Assembly (NCBI GenBank): GCA_963978095.1 | Contig: CAXBQP010000067.1 | Span: forward strand, 1-12,790 | Origin: an uncultured bacterium | GTDB lineage: Bacteria > Gemmatimonadota > Gemmatimonadetes > Gemmatimonadales > Gemmatimonadaceae | Direction of reading: 5' to 3' | DNA: 12,790 nucleotides | In this document: piece by piece, positions 1 to 7,880 of the stretch | Layout: each line of letters opens with the position of its first letter | How positions within the stretch are numbered: position 1 is the first letter of the stretch | Program-made: the position numbers and the translations under genes | Notes under the pieces: model-generated | What the model was told of the DNA's origin: nothing | The model's input: the letters and a program-made list of their open reading frames with translations, nothing else | The model's database searches: none

Positions 1-66
1 TTTTTTTTAATGATACGGCGACCACCGAGATCTACACTCTTTCCCTACACGACGCTCTTCCGATCT
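1..66 (+). other. Sequencing artefact: poly-T plus Illumina TruSeq universal (P5/Read 1) adapter
   Basis: 9..66 reads AATGATACGGCGACCACCGAGATCTACACTCTTTCCCTACACGACGCTCTTCCGATCT, the 58-nt TruSeq universal adapter, preceded by T8. It translates to the familiar artefact peptides MIRRPPRSTLFPYTTLFRS (+) and IGRASCRERV (-). Confidence 0.99.
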
Positions 67-205
67 GAGCGGCGGCCGGAGCAGCGGCCGGAGCCTTCGC
101 GGCCGGCTTCTTGGCCGCGTCCTGCTTGGCGTCCTGCGCGGTGGCCACACGGGCCGACATCATGGAAACGAGAGCGACGACTGCAAACATGGACTTGCGC
201 GACAT
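67..205 (-). CDS. N-terminal fragment of a secreted protein (Sec signal peptide plus Ala/Pro/Lys-rich segment), truncated by the adapter
   Basis: ATG at 205 preceded by GGAGG. Translation MSRKSMFAVVALVSMMSARVATA|QDAKQDAAKKPAAKAPAAAPAAA has a basic n-region, hydrophobic h-region and an ATA|Q signal peptidase I-like site. Confidence 0.75.
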
Positions 206-306
206 GCATCCTCCAGGGGGTGGGTACATCTCGTGCGCACGGAACGCACGGAAACAGGGGGTCGCCGACCTCGGCGAATGGGCTATCGGGTTACTCGACC
301 GGGATA

Positions 307-335
307 ATTGTGGCGCTTCCCGGTTCGGGACGCAA
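307..335 (-). promoter_or_regulatory. Candidate sigma70-type promoter for the secreted-protein gene
   Basis: Minus strand TTGCGT (335-330), 17-nt spacer, CACAAT (312-307), about 100 nt upstream of the ATG at 205. Motif match only. Confidence 0.35.
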
Positions 336-410
336 TAGCCCCTGATCCGGCGGACCCGCTTTTGATGCCGCACGGTTATTCTTCTGAGTCCCCCTGCCCT
401 GAGTGCCCTC

Positions 411-1040
411 GTGAAAGAGCTCCAGCGCCTGCTCGACAACAACCGCCGGTGGGCGGAACTGAACGCGCAACAGGATCCCACGTTTTTCGCCTCCCGTGCC
501 AAGGGACAGGCGCCGCGTTTCCTGGCGATCGGCTGCTCGGACAGCCGCGTGCCGTTGGAGATGCTCACCGGCGCGGAGGCGGGGGAGATGTTCGTGCACC
601 GCAACATCGCGAATCAGGTCTACCCGTCGGACCTCAATGCCTTGTCGGTGCTGCAATACGCCGTCGAGGCGCTCAAGGTCCCGCACGTACTCGTGCTTGG
701 TCACTATGGCTGCGGCGGCGTGGCGGCGGCGATGGAGGAGACGCCGTTCGGACTGGTGGACAACTGGCTCGGCGACATCCGGGACGTGCGGCGGCGTCAC
801 GCCCACGAGCTGGAGACCCTCCCGGACGAGACCGCACGGTTCGACCGGTTGGTGGAGCTCAATGTCATGCACCAGGTGCTGAACCTGGCGCGAACGCCGG
901 TGATCCAGGCGGCGTGGCGGCAGGGCCAGCGTCCCATGATTCACGGGGCGGTGTTCGGCATGCACGATGGGCTGCTGCGGACCCTGGTGACCGAGGTGTG
1001 CACGAACGCGCGGGCGGACGCGCTGATCCCGCTGGTGTAG
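411..1040 (+). CDS. can: Beta-class carbonic anhydrase (E. coli Can-like), 209 aa, GTG start
   Basis: Zinc-ligand motifs CSDSRVP (C42, D44, R46) and HYGCGG (H98, C101) fall at E. coli Can numbering. Also FVHRNIAN, LQYAVEALKV and LVELNV. Confidence 0.95.
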   Translation: MKELQRLLDNNRRWAELNAQQDPTFFASRAKGQAPRFLAIGCSDSRVPLEMLTGAEAGEMFVHRNIANQVYPSDLNALSVLQYAVEALKVPHVLVLGHYGCGGVAAAMEETPFGLVDNWLGDIRDVRRRHAHELETLPDETARFDRLVELNVMHQVLNLARTPVIQAAWRQGQRPMIHGAVFGMHDGLLRTLVTEVCTNARADALIPLV

Positions 1041-1092
1041 CGGGGCGTCGCGCGCGCGTTGGCTGACCGGCGACCGTGAATGCGCCGGAGGT

Positions 1093-1127
1093 GAAACGGG
1101 GGGCGAGGCCACAGGCCCCGCCCCCCG
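1093..1127 (-). terminator. Strong GC hairpin downstream of groEL, probable intrinsic terminator between the convergent can and groEL genes
   Basis: Minus strand CGGGGGGCGGGGCC-TGT-GGCCTCGCCCCCCG (1127-1097) gives a 14-bp stem with one G-U pair, followed by a short TTTC tail, about 20 nt after the groEL stop. Confidence 0.7.
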
Positions 1128-1148
1128 CTCCGTTGCTGCGACTGCGGA

Positions 1149-2792
<1,644 letters not shown>

Positions 2793-2810
2793 TCAGTTGG
2801 GAGTGGCGGT

Positions 2811-3107
2811 TCAGTTGATGACCGCGAGGATGTCCGACTCGCGGAGGATCAGGAGCTGCTCGGCATCGATGGTGACTTCGGTGCCGCTGTACTTCCCGTA
2901 GAGAATCTTGTCGCCGACCTTCACTTCGAGCGGCACGCGCTTGCCATCTTCGGTGCGGCCCGGGCCGGTCGCCACGACCTCACCCTGCTGCGGCTTCTCC
3001 TTGGCGGTGTCCGGGATGTAGAGCCCGCCACGCATCTGCTCGGTCTCCTCGAGCGGCCGCACAACCACGCGGTCGGCCAACGGCGCGACCTTCGACTTTG
3101 CTGCCAT
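2811..3107 (-). CDS. groES: Co-chaperonin GroES, 98 aa (start at 3107, not the ORF-track start at 3185)
   Basis: [63 protein letters not shown] lies 7 nt before the ATG at 3107. Confidence 0.98.
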   Translation of the reverse strand: MAAKSKVAPLADRVVVRPLEETEQMRGGLYIPDTAKEKPQQGEVVATGPGRTEDGKRVPLEVKVGDKILYGKYSGTEVTIDAEQLLILRESDILAVIN

Positions 3108-3174
3108 GGTGCTTCTCCTTCGCTTTGGGTTCAACATGAAACGGGATGCGCGCAGACTCGCGAGACATCCGTGC

Positions 3175-3201
3175 TTGGCACTCAACGATCGTGAGTGCTA
3201 A
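3175..3201 (-). promoter_or_regulatory. CIRCE element (HrcA operator)
   Basis: Minus strand TTAGCACTC-ACGATCGTT-GAGTGCCAA matches the consensus TTAGCACTC-N9-GAGTGCTAA at 17 of 18 positions, directly upstream of groES. Confidence 0.96.
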
Positions 3202-3209
3202 CAAGTTGA

Positions 3210-3238
3210 AAGATAGGGACACTCACGGGATGCGTCAA
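3210..3238 (-). promoter_or_regulatory. Sigma70/sigmaA-type promoter of groES-groEL
   Basis: TTGACG (3238-3233), 17-nt spacer, TATCTT (3215-3210). The predicted start near 3203 is immediately followed by CIRCE, the classical HrcA arrangement. Confidence 0.8.
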
Positions 3239-3331
3239 GAGCCCAAAAGGCGCGCGCTGTGACATCCAAGGTCATTCACTGCAACGGTTTACACGGCCGT
3301 TACATACGCCGATTTGGCGCCTGGACGCAGC

Positions 3332-3353
3332 AAAAAAGGCAGTGATGTCTGCC
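3332..3353 (-). terminator. Second (distal) intrinsic terminator after coaX
   Basis: Minus strand GGCAG-ACATCA-CTGCC followed by TTTTTT: 5-bp stem, 6-nt loop, U6 tail. Confidence 0.55.
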
Positions 3354-3364
3354 GAGTTGGCAAC

Positions 3365-3391
3365 AAAAAGGTCGCCCGATCAGGGGCGACC
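3365..3391 (-). terminator. Intrinsic terminator of the cluster ending in coaX
   Basis: Minus strand GGTCGCCC-CTGATC-GGGCGACC followed by TTTTTGTT: perfect 8-bp stem, 35 nt after the coaX stop. Confidence 0.8.
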
Positions 3392-3426
3392 CAGATTTGT
3401 GATATCGGAATAATCGCCGTGAACGC

Positions 3427-4197
3427 TTACGTCAGGAGCGCGTGCGCCATGGCCAGCCCTTGGAGCGTCAAGTCCGGCTCGATGATATCGAGTTCCGTGC
3501 AGAGATCCTTGAACGACGCGGCGAGCCCGCCCGTGCCGATCACAAGGGGCGCCCCTGCCCTGGGCCATGCCTTCTTGATGCGTCGCACCAATCCGTCGAT
3601 GGCTTCGGCGGAACCGAGGACGACACCGGCGCGGATGCATTCGTCAGTCCGCGTACCGATGACGCCGGTGGGCGCGACGATCTCCGTGGCGGGCAGTTTG
3701 CTCGTGCGGCGGAAGAGCGATTCCGCCTGCATTTGGACGCCGGGGGCGATCACACCGCCCAGAAAGACACCGTCGGCCGTGATGCAGTCGAACGTGGTGG
3801 CTGTGCCCAGATCGACGACAATACAGTCCCGCTGATGGCGCCGACTGGCCGCGAGCGTATTGATGATTCGATCCGCACCGACGGTCAGGGGCTCGTCGAC
3901 CTGCAGCGTAATCGGGAGCGTGGAGCGACCGTCCACCACCACCGCCGGACTCCCGGTGAGTTTCCGGCAGGCGACCGCGAGCGGCGTGGTCACCGCGGGG
4001 ACGACCGATCCGATTGCCGCACCGGTGACGACACGGCGGTCGATGCCGTCGGCCGCGAGGAGGGCCAGCAAGAGCAGGTACACCTCATCCGGCGTGCGCG
4101 ACCCATCGGTGGTCACGCGCCAGCGGGCGTGGACCTCCTCGCCGTCGCACAGCCCGAAGGTGCTCTCTGAGTTGCCGACATCGCAGGCGAGAATCAT
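3427..4197 (-). CDS. coaX: Type III pantothenate kinase, 256 aa (start at 4197)
   Basis: MILACDVGNS (DxGN motif), SVVP, VGADR, VVDLGTATTFD, GGVIAPG, GTGG, PDLTLQGL. The ATG overlaps the birA stop (ATGA, 4197-4194). Confidence 0.95.
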   Translation of the reverse strand: MILACDVGNSESTFGLCDGEEVHARWRVTTDGSRTPDEVYLLLLALLAADGIDRRVVTGAAIGSVVPAVTTPLAVACRKLTGSPAVVVDGRSTLPITLQVDEPLTVGADRIINTLAASRRHQRDCIVVDLGTATTFDCITADGVFLGGVIAPGVQMQAESLFRRTSKLPATEIVAPTGVIGTRTDECIRAGVVLGSAEAIDGLVRRIKKAWPRAGAPLVIGTGGLAASFKDLCTELDIIEPDLTLQGLAMAHALLT

Positions 4198-4943
4198 TCG
4201 GTATCCCCTTCGAAGACAAGTGAACCGCGCCGATAGTCTACCACACCGGCGTCGCCCTCGACACTGAGGGCACCGTCGGGCGTGATGCCGCGGACGACCC
4301 CCACCGCGGGTTGCGAGCAGCGACGTCCGGCGCCGAGATCGCGCGCCGCGAACGTGGCGAGTTCCGACGGGGCGAGCGGGCCGCCGGCCTGCACGGCGTC
4401 GCGGATCTCCGGCACGATGGCAGCGAGCAGATCGCGACGGCGGGTGGTGGGACGTAAGCCGCCGGCGTGCGGGACGCCCTCGGGGGCGCAGATGTTCACA
4501 CCGATGCCAATCGCGACCCACTCGATGCGTTCGTCGCGCCAACGCGCTTCGACGAGGATGCCGCAGAGTTTGCGACTCCCGTTGACGTACAGATCATTGG
4601 GCCACTTGACCTGGACCGCGGTGTCGGAGAATGTCTCGAGGACCGGCGCGAGGCGGATGCCGAGACGCAGCGAGAGCACGTCCAGACCGGAGGGGCTGGC
4701 CGGCCGCTCGAGGAGGGTCATCCAGAGGCCATCGCGCGCGTTGGACACCCACTGGCGCCCCGTGCGGCCACGGCCGGCGGTCTGCTCGTCGGCGAGAACC
4801 ACTGTCCCTGCGGGGGCTCCCTCCTCGGCGAGACGATGGGCCTCGTCCATCGTGCTTGCCACGGTCGAGAACCGCGCCACGCGCGGCACGCCGAGCATGG
4901 CGGCGAGCGCAGGGGCGGCGTCACTGTCCGCGATACTTGGCAT
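4194..4943 (-). CDS. birA: Biotin--protein ligase lacking the N-terminal HTH (monofunctional, group I type), about 249 aa
   Basis: STMDEA, ADEQTAGRGRTGRQW (GRGRxG biotin loop), KWPNDL, KLCGILVE, IGIGVN, GITPDGAL. The ATG at 4943 lies 1 nt after the uppP stop. Confidence 0.93.
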   Translation of the reverse strand: MPSIADSDAAPALAAMLGVPRVARFSTVASTMDEAHRLAEEGAPAGTVVLADEQTAGRGRTGRQWVSNARDGLWMTLLERPASPSGLDVLSLRLGIRLAPVLETFSDTAVQVKWPNDLYVNGSRKLCGILVEARWRDERIEWVAIGIGVNICAPEGVPHAGGLRPTTRRRDLLAAIVPEIRDAVQAGGPLAPSELATFAARDLGAGRRCSQPAVGVVRGITPDGALSVEGDAGVVDYRRGSLVFEGDTE

Positions 4944-4944
4944 C

Positions 4945-5757
4945 TCAGCGGCGCGAGAAGACGAGCGCGAGCACGGCCGCGCCCAAGGCAAGTCGATACA
5001 CGGCGAACACACCAAAGCCGCGCGACCGCACGAAACGGAGCAGCACCGAGATCGCGATCGCACTGCTGAGCGCCGCGGTCCCGACGCCGACCATGAGCGA
5101 CGGCGTGAGCCCGGTTTCATGGAGTGCCTTCGGCACCTTGAGAATCGCGGCGGCCGCGATGATCGGCATGGACATCATGAAGCTGAACGTCGCCGCATTC
5201 TCGCGGTCGAGCCTGAGGGCCCGGCCCGCCGTGATGGTCGCACCGGAGCGCGACACCCCGGGAATGAGGGCGAAGGCTTGCGCGCACCCGATCAGGAGCG
5301 CGTCGCGCCAGGTCATGTCGTGCATGCGGCGCGCGCGGGGAGCGACGCTGTCGACGACCCAGAGCACCGCCCCCATGATCATCAACGCCACCGCGGTGAG
5401 CGCGGGGGCGCGGAAGATGGTCTCCGCCTGCTTCTCGAGCAGGAGTCCGGCCATCGCACCGGGGATGGTGGCAATCACCAGAAAGATTACGCGCTGCTGC
5501 TCGGGCGTCTCGACGTTCCGGTCCGCCGCGATGGACAGGGCGGCGCGGACCAGACTGATCCACTCCTGCCGGAAGTAGCCGAGGAGCGCTACCAGGGTGC
5601 CAACATGCAAGGCCACATCGAACGCGAGGCCAGGCTCCTCCCATCCGAGCGCCCACGGCGCGAGCGTCAGATGCGCGGAGGAACTGACGGGCAAGAACTC
5701 GGCGAGCCCCTGCAGGGCGCCAAGCACGAACGACTGGAAGATCGAAGGTTCGGTCAC
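4945..5757 (-). CDS. uppP: Undecaprenyl-diphosphate phosphatase (BacA), 270 aa, GTG start
   Basis: LGALQGLAEFLPVSSSAHL, FDVALHVGTL and AQAFALIPGVSRSGATI signature motifs, with many hydrophobic helices. Confidence 0.96.
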   Translation of the reverse strand: MTEPSIFQSFVLGALQGLAEFLPVSSSAHLTLAPWALGWEEPGLAFDVALHVGTLVALLGYFRQEWISLVRAALSIAADRNVETPEQQRVIFLVIATIPGAMAGLLLEKQAETIFRAPALTAVALMIMGAVLWVVDSVAPRARRMHDMTWRDALLIGCAQAFALIPGVSRSGATITAGRALRLDRENAATFSFMMSMPIIAAAAILKVPKALHETGLTPSLMVGVGTAALSSAIAISVLLRFVRSRGFGVFAVYRLALGAAVLALVFSRR

Positions 5758-5787
5758 GGGATCCGGGAAATCGTGGAGGAGGCGGGA

Positions 5788-6918
5788 CTAGCCCCGCTGT
5801 TGGAGATAGAGTTGTTCGTACTGCGCGACCACTTGGTCCTTGCCGTAGCGGGCGCGGGAATCGGCGGCGGCCGCCGCGCTCATCGCGTGCCACCTGGCGT
5901 CGTCCGACAGGATGGCGACCGCGGCCGCCGACATGGCGTCGACGTCCCCGACCGGACAGAGCGCGCCGGTGACCCCGTGCTGAATGACTTCCACGATACC
6001 GCCGACGTCGTAGGCGAGACTCGGGACGCCGCAGGCGAGCGCTTCGAGCGCGCTCAACCCGAACGACTCGCGATCCGTGGGCAGCAGAAAGAGATCGGCG
6101 GACGCGAGGAGCGGTGCCACGGCGTCGATCTTTCCCAGAAAGTGGATCTCACCGTGGTCGATACCGAGCGCGCGCGCTTCTTCCTCGGCGGCTTGTCGAT
6201 CGGGGCCATCGCCGACCATGACGAGGACGCTCGGGACCTGTTGCCGCACCCGATCGAAGACGCGCACGACATCGAGTACCCGTTTGACGGGACGAAAGTT
6301 CGAGATGTGCATCAGGATCTTGCGACCGTGGCCCAGTTGCTCCCGGAGCTTCGGCGGGTGTGCTGCGCGGTCGTACACGTCAGGGTCGATGAAGTTGCCG
6401 ATGACATCGACCTGGTTCGGCAGGCAGCCGAAGGCGCGCACGGTCTCGTCCTTGAGGAAGCTGGAGACCGCGGTGATCCGGTCGGAGCGCTCGATCGAGA
6501 ACTTGGTGATGGCGTGGAACGAGTGATCCTGTCCGACGATGGTGATGTCGGTCCCGTGGAGGGTGGTGATCACCGTGATGTCGCGCCCCTGGTCGCGCAA
6601 CATCTCTTTCGCGATCCACGCACTGGTCGCGTGCGGGATCGCGTAATGCACGTGCAGCAGATCCAACCCCTCATTGATGACCACTTCGTGCATGCGCACG
6701 GCGAGGGCCAGGTCGTAGGGCGGATACTGGAAGAGCGGGTAGCGCCCGACATCGACTTCGTGGAAGAAGACGCGGGGCAGGAACATCGGCAGGCGGAAGG
6801 GCTGCTGATACGTGATGAAATGGACCTCGTGCCCCTTCTCGGCGAGCGCGATGCCCAGTTCGGTGGCCACCACACCGGAGCCGCCATACGTCGGGTAGCA
6901 GGTGATTCCGATCTTCAT
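5788..6918 (-). CDS. bshA: N-acetyl-alpha-D-glucosaminyl L-malate synthase BshA (GT4, first step of bacillithiol synthesis), 376 aa (start at 6918)
   Basis: MKIGITCYPTYGGSGVVATELG, PLFQYPPYDLALA, HVHYAIPHA, TTLHGTDIT, HISNFRPVKR and ESFGLSALEA are characteristic of BshA. The ATG overlaps the miaA stop (ATGA, 6918-6915). Confidence 0.92.
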   Translation of the reverse strand: MKIGITCYPTYGGSGVVATELGIALAEKGHEVHFITYQQPFRLPMFLPRVFFHEVDVGRYPLFQYPPYDLALAVRMHEVVINEGLDLLHVHYAIPHATSAWIAKEMLRDQGRDITVITTLHGTDITIVGQDHSFHAITKFSIERSDRITAVSSFLKDETVRAFGCLPNQVDVIGNFIDPDVYDRAAHPPKLREQLGHGRKILMHISNFRPVKRVLDVVRVFDRVRQQVPSVLVMVGDGPDRQAAEEEARALGIDHGEIHFLGKIDAVAPLLASADLFLLPTDRESFGLSALEALACGVPSLAYDVGGIVEVIQHGVTGALCPVGDVDAMSAAAVAILSDDARWHAMSAAAAADSRARYGKDQVVAQYEQLYLQQRG

Positions 6919-7880
6919 CGCTGCAGGCCTCCGCGCCACCATCGCTCGACGACATCGTGCGCATCGGGATCGTGGGGATCGACGATGCTCACATTGGAAC
7001 CGGTGAGCTGATGCCGGAACCACGTGCGCTGCCGCTTGGCATACTGGCGCGTCTCGATAAGTATACTCTCCCGGGCGGCGGCAAGACCGGTGCCGCCCTC
7101 GACGACGTCGCGCAGCGCGCGATACCCGCACCCCTGCCAGGCGGCGGCATCCGCCGGGAGCCGTGGCACGAGCGCGCGCACTTCTTCGAGCCATCCCGCC
7201 GCGAGCATCGCGTCGACGCGTTCGGCGAGCTGCACGCCCAGGCGAGGGCCGGGATCGACGACGAGCCAGCGGGCGTCGAAGCGCGGCGGGCGCGCCGAGC
7301 GGGCATGCCAGTCGCTCAACGGGCGGCCGGTGAGACGCGCCGTCTCGATGCTCCGGAGCAGCTGCGTTCTCCCCAGGTGTGCCCGCGGCGGATCGAGTTG
7401 CTGGCACAGGCGGCGCAGTGCGTCCAGGGGGAGTTGCTGCAACTCCGCGTCGAGCGCCGCGCGTGCACCGGGGTCGAGCACGGGAGCGTCGTGCAAGGGG
7501 GCAGTGAGTGCGCGCAGGTACAGCCCGGTGCCGCCGACCACGAGGGCCCGATCGGCGCCGCACTCGGTGATCCACTGTTCCGCGTCCGCCGCCCATCGCG
7601 CGGCGGACCATCGCGCGGTGGGTGCAGCGACATCAAGGCCTCGATACGCGATGCCCTCACGATCCGCCACCGACGGTTTGGCGGTGCCGATGTCGAAGTC
7701 CCGATAGATCTGGCGCGAGTCCGCACTGATGATCGTCAATCCATGACGACGCGCCAAGTGATGGGCGAGCGCGGTCTTCCCCGCCCCGGTTGGTCCACAG
7801 ATGATCCGGAGCACGGGCCGCGGCAACGCTCCCTCGAGGAGAGCCCGTTCAGCGACGGCCGAAGCGTCGCTCGAGTTCAT
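6915..7880 (-). CDS. miaA: tRNA (adenosine(37)-N6)-dimethylallyltransferase; start uncertain (ATG 7880, TTG 7826 or GTG 7814)
   Basis: P-loop GPTGAGKT, ISADSRQIYRDFDIGTAKP, VGGTGLYLRAL, TRQYAKRQRTWFR. Follows mutL as in many bacteria. Confidence 0.95.
   Translation of the reverse strand: MNSSDASAVAERALLEGALPRPVLRIICGPTGAGKTALAHHLARRHGLTIISADSRQIYRDFDIGTAKPSVADREGIAYRGLDVAAPTARWSAARWAADAEQWITECGADRALVVGGTGLYLRALTAPLHDAPVLDPGARAALDAELQQLPLDALRRLCQQLDPPRAHLGRTQLLRSIETARLTGRPLSDWHARSARPPRFDARWLVVDPGPRLGVQLAERVDAMLAAGWLEEVRALVPRLPADAAAWQGCGYRALRDVVEGGTGLAAARESILIETRQYAKRQRTWFRHQLTGSNVSIVDPHDPDAHDVVERWWRGGLQR

Noticed and set aside
200..410. Known riboswitch (for example c-di-AMP/ydaO or SAM) in the divergent intergenic region
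   Set aside because: There is only a loose resemblance on the minus strand (CCCGGTCGAGTAACCCGATAG) and the other conserved elements are not evident. Kept only as an unnamed palindrome pending an Rfam scan.
10..607. ORFs 10..345 (+) and 32..607 (-) as complete proteins
   Set aside because: Their start and stop respectively come from the Illumina adapter. Only 67..205 (-) is a credible gene fragment.
1067..1088. Hairpin CCGGCG-N10-CGCCGG after can
   Set aside because: A 6-bp all-GC stem with a long loop and no U tract is expected by chance at this GC content.
4282..7011. 909-aa plus-strand ORF, the longest in the window
   Set aside because: It is antisense to birA, uppP and bshA. uppP and bshA share its codon register (offsets 663 and 1506, both divisible by 3), which explains the missing stops. 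The composition is Arg/Gly/His-rich with no domain features.
3108..7611. Long N-terminal extensions of GroES, CoaX, BirA and BshA in the ORF track
   Set aside because: They overlap neighbouring genes or regulatory DNA and are mostly Arg-rich noise. The shorter starts are supported by family N-termini, an RBS or ATGA coupling.
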